Notes under the pieces: model-generated
Told to the model about the DNA's origin: nothing
The model's input: the letters and a program-made list of their open reading frames with translations, nothing else
The model's database searches: none
Origin: a candidate division Kazan bacterium RIFCSPHIGHO2_01_FULL_44_14
GTDB lineage: Bacteria > Patescibacteriota > Kazan-3B-28
Assembly (NCBI GenBank): GCA_001771185.1
Contig: METB01000001.1
Span: 252,631-308,847 of the forward strand
Reading direction: 5' to 3'
DNA: 56,217 nt
Part shown: piece after piece, positions 55,335 to 56,217 of the stretch
Layout: every line of letters starts with the position of its first letter
Numbering within the stretch: the first letter of the stretch is position 1
Program-made: the position numbers and the translations under genes

Positions 55335-56217
55335 CTAAAGTTTGTAAAACTTCTTCACCTGCTTAGCATCCTTGTACGGACCAATTACCGCCAGAACCAG
55401 ACGGTTATCAGTAAACAGGCGCCGAGCTAGACGTTGCACCTGTTCAGAAGTGACGGCACGGACTTTACGCTTGGTGGTTTCAACGGTTTCTAGTTTGTCC
55501 TGCAAAAGTTCCTCCAGACCAAAGGTGTAAGCAATTTCATCAGAGTGTTCTAACCCTAATACCAAGCCCCCAATCAAGTATTCTTTGGCTTTTTCCAGTT
55601 CCGGTTCCGGCACCCGACCACGAGTGATTTCTCTGAACTCATCCAAAATCGTCTTAATCGCTAAATCGATTCGATTCACATCAACTCCCGCACTAGTCAC
55701 CAAATAACCGGTGTCGGTATAGTGTTGGGCTTGAGCCCGTACATAATAGGCCAGTCCGTGACGCTCTCTAACGCTCGTAAATAGCCGAGAACTCATTCCA
55801 CCGCCTAAGACAGCGGCTAAGACCTTGGCGGTGTATTTATCGGGATGTGAAGTGCCAAACGAGGGCACTCCTAATACCAAATGGGCTTGTTCGGTCTTTT
55901 TGTAGAGAACTTCGGATCGTTTGGCCGGTTTATGTTCGCGGTAGGGAATGGGCTGATTTTTCTTAATTGACTTTTTGTAGGGCAAATATTCCTCGACTAA
56001 CCGTTTAGCTTGAGTTGGGGTAATGTTGCCGGCGACTGACACGACTATATTGGGCGCCGAATAGAGCCGACTGCGGTAATTAACAAAGTCATCTCGCTTA
56101 ACGGATTTGATGACTGACCTAAGACCGATGGTAGACCAACCTAACGGATGATCACCAAACATCAACGATTCAAACGCATCCCAAACCCGCCGGGTAGGGG
56201 TATCTTCGTAGAGATTA
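55335..56217 (-). CDS. M16 family (pitrilysin-like) peptidase, 5' end outside the window
   Basis: FGDHPLG, EQAHLVLG, LGGGMSSRLFTSVRERHGLAYYV; the frame stays open to the window edge. Confidence 0.93.
   Translation of the reverse strand, partial: NLYEDTPTRRVWDAFESLMFGDHPLGWSTIGLRSVIKSVKRDDFVNYRSRLYSAPNIVVSVAGNITPTQAKRLVEEYLPYKKSIKKNQPIPYREHKPAKRSEVLYKKTEQAHLVLGVPSFGTSHPDKYTAKVLAAVLGGGMSSRLFTSVRERHGLAYYVRAQAQHYTDTGYLVTSAGVDVNRIDLAIKTILDEFREITRGRVPEPELEKAKEYLIGGLVLGLEHSDEIAYTFGLEELLQDKLETVETTKRKVRAVTSEQVQRLARRLFTDNRLVLAVIGPYKDAKQVKKFYKL

Noticed and set aside
1-56217. Alternative genetic code (TGA = Gly/Trp), prophage or rRNA operon
   Set aside because: Conserved genes end at TGA at the expected lengths; there are no phage structural genes or integrase; the only rRNA-like text is a 14-nt anti-SD match.

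Overview
56 kb chromosomal segment, probably from a CPR/Patescibacteria bacterium using the standard code (TGA = stop). The lineage call is inference from gene content and repeat style. Housekeeping genes: lgt, smpB, ssrA/tmRNA, rnhA, rpmB, mnmA, ndk, an M16 peptidase and six intact tRNAs. Accessory content: (i) a tmRNA-3' island with two GIY-YIG modules around an EEP-nuclease/SAM-methyltransferase fusion; (ii) giant surface proteins (an LPxTG-type adhesin and an S-layer-like protein); (iii) a glycosylation locus between two O-antigen-ligase/TPR genes; (iv) two ECF sigma/DUF5667 pairs. The most unusual signals are non-coding. First, a strand-polarised period-7 repeat/hairpin system brackets a four-helix-bundle gene, sits at stop and start codons, and has inserted in frame three times into an intact mnmA, which also carries a fourth, REP-type insertion. 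Second, an array of 19-bp CCTACAAC-N3-GTTGTAGG palindromes lies directly upstream of a RacA-like HTH/coiled-coil gene. Third, short elements with a shared conserved motif duplicate the 3' ends of two different tRNAs. Fourth, a PaaX/Cas2-like gene is bracketed by related perfect palindromes. No CRISPR array, rRNA, transposase or integrase was seen. All family assignments come from motif recognition by eye, not from database searches.
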